A stretch of DNA of 64,000 bases from Arcobacteraceae bacterium (GTDB taxonomy: Bacteria; Campylobacterota; Campylobacteria; Campylobacterales; Arcobacteraceae), in the NCBI GenBank assembly GCA_965224485.1, contig CBDCZH010000010.1, forward strand, positions 128,001 to 192,000, written 5' to 3'. The notes beneath the pieces are model-generated. The model ran no database searches. It was not told the origin of the DNA and saw only the letters and a program-made list of their open reading frames with translations. Below are positions 62,533-64,000 of this stretch, piece by piece; positions within the stretch are counted from its first letter, which is position 1, and each line of letters opens with the position of its first letter. The position numbers and the translations under genes are program-made.

Positions 62533-63567
62533 ATGTTAAAAAATACTCTAACATTAATACTACTTTCAGTATCACTATTTGCAGCACAAGTTGCTTTAGT
62601 TGAAACAAGTGTATTAAAAAAAGGTGAGGTAAATCCACTGCAAGAATTTGTAGGAACATTGAGTTTTGAAAAAAAATCTGTTCTAGCAGCTCAAAATTCA
62701 GGTTTAGTAAAAAAAATAAACTTTAAAGTTGGACAAAAAGTTAAAAAAAATAAAATATTGATTCAAATTGATGCAGATGTCTTAAATGCACAAATAAAAG
62801 CTTCAAAAGCTTCTTTAAAAACTTCTAAAGATGAAGAAGTAAACTCTTCAAAAGATTATAATAGATATAAAGCTTTATTAGATTCAAAATCAATTACACA
62901 AAAAGAGTATGATGATGCTCTTTTAAAATCAAATTCATCTTCTAATAATGTTATGGTAAAAACTTCTTCATTAAAAGAATTAGAATTACAAAGTAGTAAA
63001 AAATCTATTAAAGCTCCTTATGATGGAATAATTGTTAAAAAATCTATTAATTTAGGTGAATGGGTAAATGCTGGGACTCCTTTAGCAACTATAGTTAATA
63101 TAAATAAAGCTGATATAGTTTTTAATATTCCTTTATCATTTGTAAAAGGTCTAAATATAGGTGAAAATTATGATATTACTTTAGATAAAAAACCTATAAA
63201 AGCAAAACTGGTTGCTGTAATTCCTAATGGAGATAAACTAACAAGAACTTTTCCTGTTAGATTTAGCGCAAAAATAAAAGATATATTTGTTTTTGACGGA
63301 CAAAGTGCAAAAGTTTCTTTGGCTAAAAATGCTAAAACTAATGCTTTCATGTTGCAAAGAGATTCAGTAATTAAAAGATTTAATCAAAATGTAATTTTTT
63401 ATATTAATGAAGAATCTAAAGCTATGATGATACCCGTTCAAATCATTGCTTATGCTGGAAGTAAAGTAGCAATAAAAGCAAAAGGTTTAGTAGAAGGAAT
63501 GAATGTTGTTTCTAAAGGGAATGAAAGAATATTTCCTAATCAAACTGTAAAAATTATAAATAAATAG
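62533..63567 (+). CDS. RND periplasmic adaptor (MFP)
   Basis: GQKVKK, IKAPYDG, GEWV, TRTFPV. Confidence 0.88.
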   Translation: MLKNTLTLILLSVSLFAAQVALVETSVLKKGEVNPLQEFVGTLSFEKKSVLAAQNSGLVKKINFKVGQKVKKNKILIQIDADVLNAQIKASKASLKTSKDEEVNSSKDYNRYKALLDSKSITQKEYDDALLKSNSSSNNVMVKTSSLKELELQSSKKSIKAPYDGIIVKKSINLGEWVNAGTPLATIVNINKADIVFNIPLSFVKGLNIGENYDITLDKKPIKAKLVAVIPNGDKLTRTFPVRFSAKIKDIFVFDGQSAKVSLAKNAKTNAFMLQRDSVIKRFNQNVIFYINEESKAMMIPVQIIAYAGSKVAIKAKGLVEGMNVVSKGNERIFPNQTVKIINK

Positions 63568-63575
63568 GAAGAAAA

Positions 63576-64000
63576 ATGGACTTAATAAAATTTTCTATTA
63601 AAAATCCTGTAACAATTATTGTTTCAGTATTAATAGTTGTTATTTTTGGTTTTTTATCGTTAAATAAATTACCTTATCAATTAACACCAAGTGTTACTAA
63701 ACCAGAAATTAAAATAACAACTATGTGGCCAGGTGCTACTCCTTACGAAATTGAGAGAGAAATAGTACAAGAACAAGAAGATGCTTTAAAATCATTAAAT
63801 AATTTAATAAACTATGAATCTTCTTCAAATGATAATTATGCTGAATTAACTTTAACATTTAAATTGGGTACTGATTTAAGAGCTTCTTTACAAGATGTTT
63901 CTAATAAGCTAAATGAAGTTGCTGACTATCCTGAGGATGTTTTAGAACCTGTAATTGAAACAGCAAGTGCAAGTCCTGTAATTTGGATGATGCTTCAAAC
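63576..64000 (+). CDS. RND efflux permease, 5' part (runs off the window)
   Basis: MDLIKFSIKNPV..LPYQLTP..WPGATPYEIE. Confidence 0.85.
   Translation, partial: MDLIKFSIKNPVTIIVSVLIVVIFGFLSLNKLPYQLTPSVTKPEIKITTMWPGATPYEIEREIVQEQEDALKSLNNLINYESSSNDNYAELTLTFKLGTDLRASLQDVSNKLNEVADYPEDVLEPVIETASASPVIWMMLQ

Noticed and set aside
905..63350. Short antisense or alternative-frame ORFs in the track (e.g. 905-1177, 17833-18201, 55165-55542, 63168-63350)
   Set aside because: They overlap well-supported genes and lack an RBS or recognisable motifs

Overview
Very AT-rich bacterial chromosome segment, most consistent with Campylobacterota/Arcobacteraceae (inferred from gene content, e.g. a lone atpE with an N-terminal extension). 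It has four parts. (1) 1-4.6 kb: housekeeping genes. (2) 4.6-13.5 kb: an accessory cluster with a four-unit array of modular, covarying palindromic non-coding repeats, a degraded RelE/HTH module, an ABC-ATPase + TOPRIM (PARIS/OLD-like) defence pair, rnhA, HigBA and a Fic protein. (3) 13547-38616: a ~25 kb element integrated at the 3' end of tRNA-Leu(GAG), bounded by a 29-bp direct repeat. It encodes a tyrosine integrase, a two-tyrosine HUH rolling-circle initiator behind an origin-like region, a putative OB-fold protein, several RHH-like regulators, a headless YadA-type autotransporter, a membrane-anchored FtsK/TcpA-like ATPase, many small unknown ORFs, a large STAND/NACHT-like NTPase, a DUF2971 protein and an IS30. 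I see no capsid, terminase or VirB4/T4SS genes, so it resembles Gram-positive AICE/TcpA-IME architecture in a diderm host; this is the best candidate for an undescribed system. (4) 38.7-64 kb: core genes (MCP, atpE, two RND systems, SCO/PCuAC, nhaA, Zur/Znu-like locus, trans-sulfuration enzymes). Five genes are split by frameshifts, four of them at A/T runs, which suggests assembly errors. All family calls come from motif recognition, not database searches.
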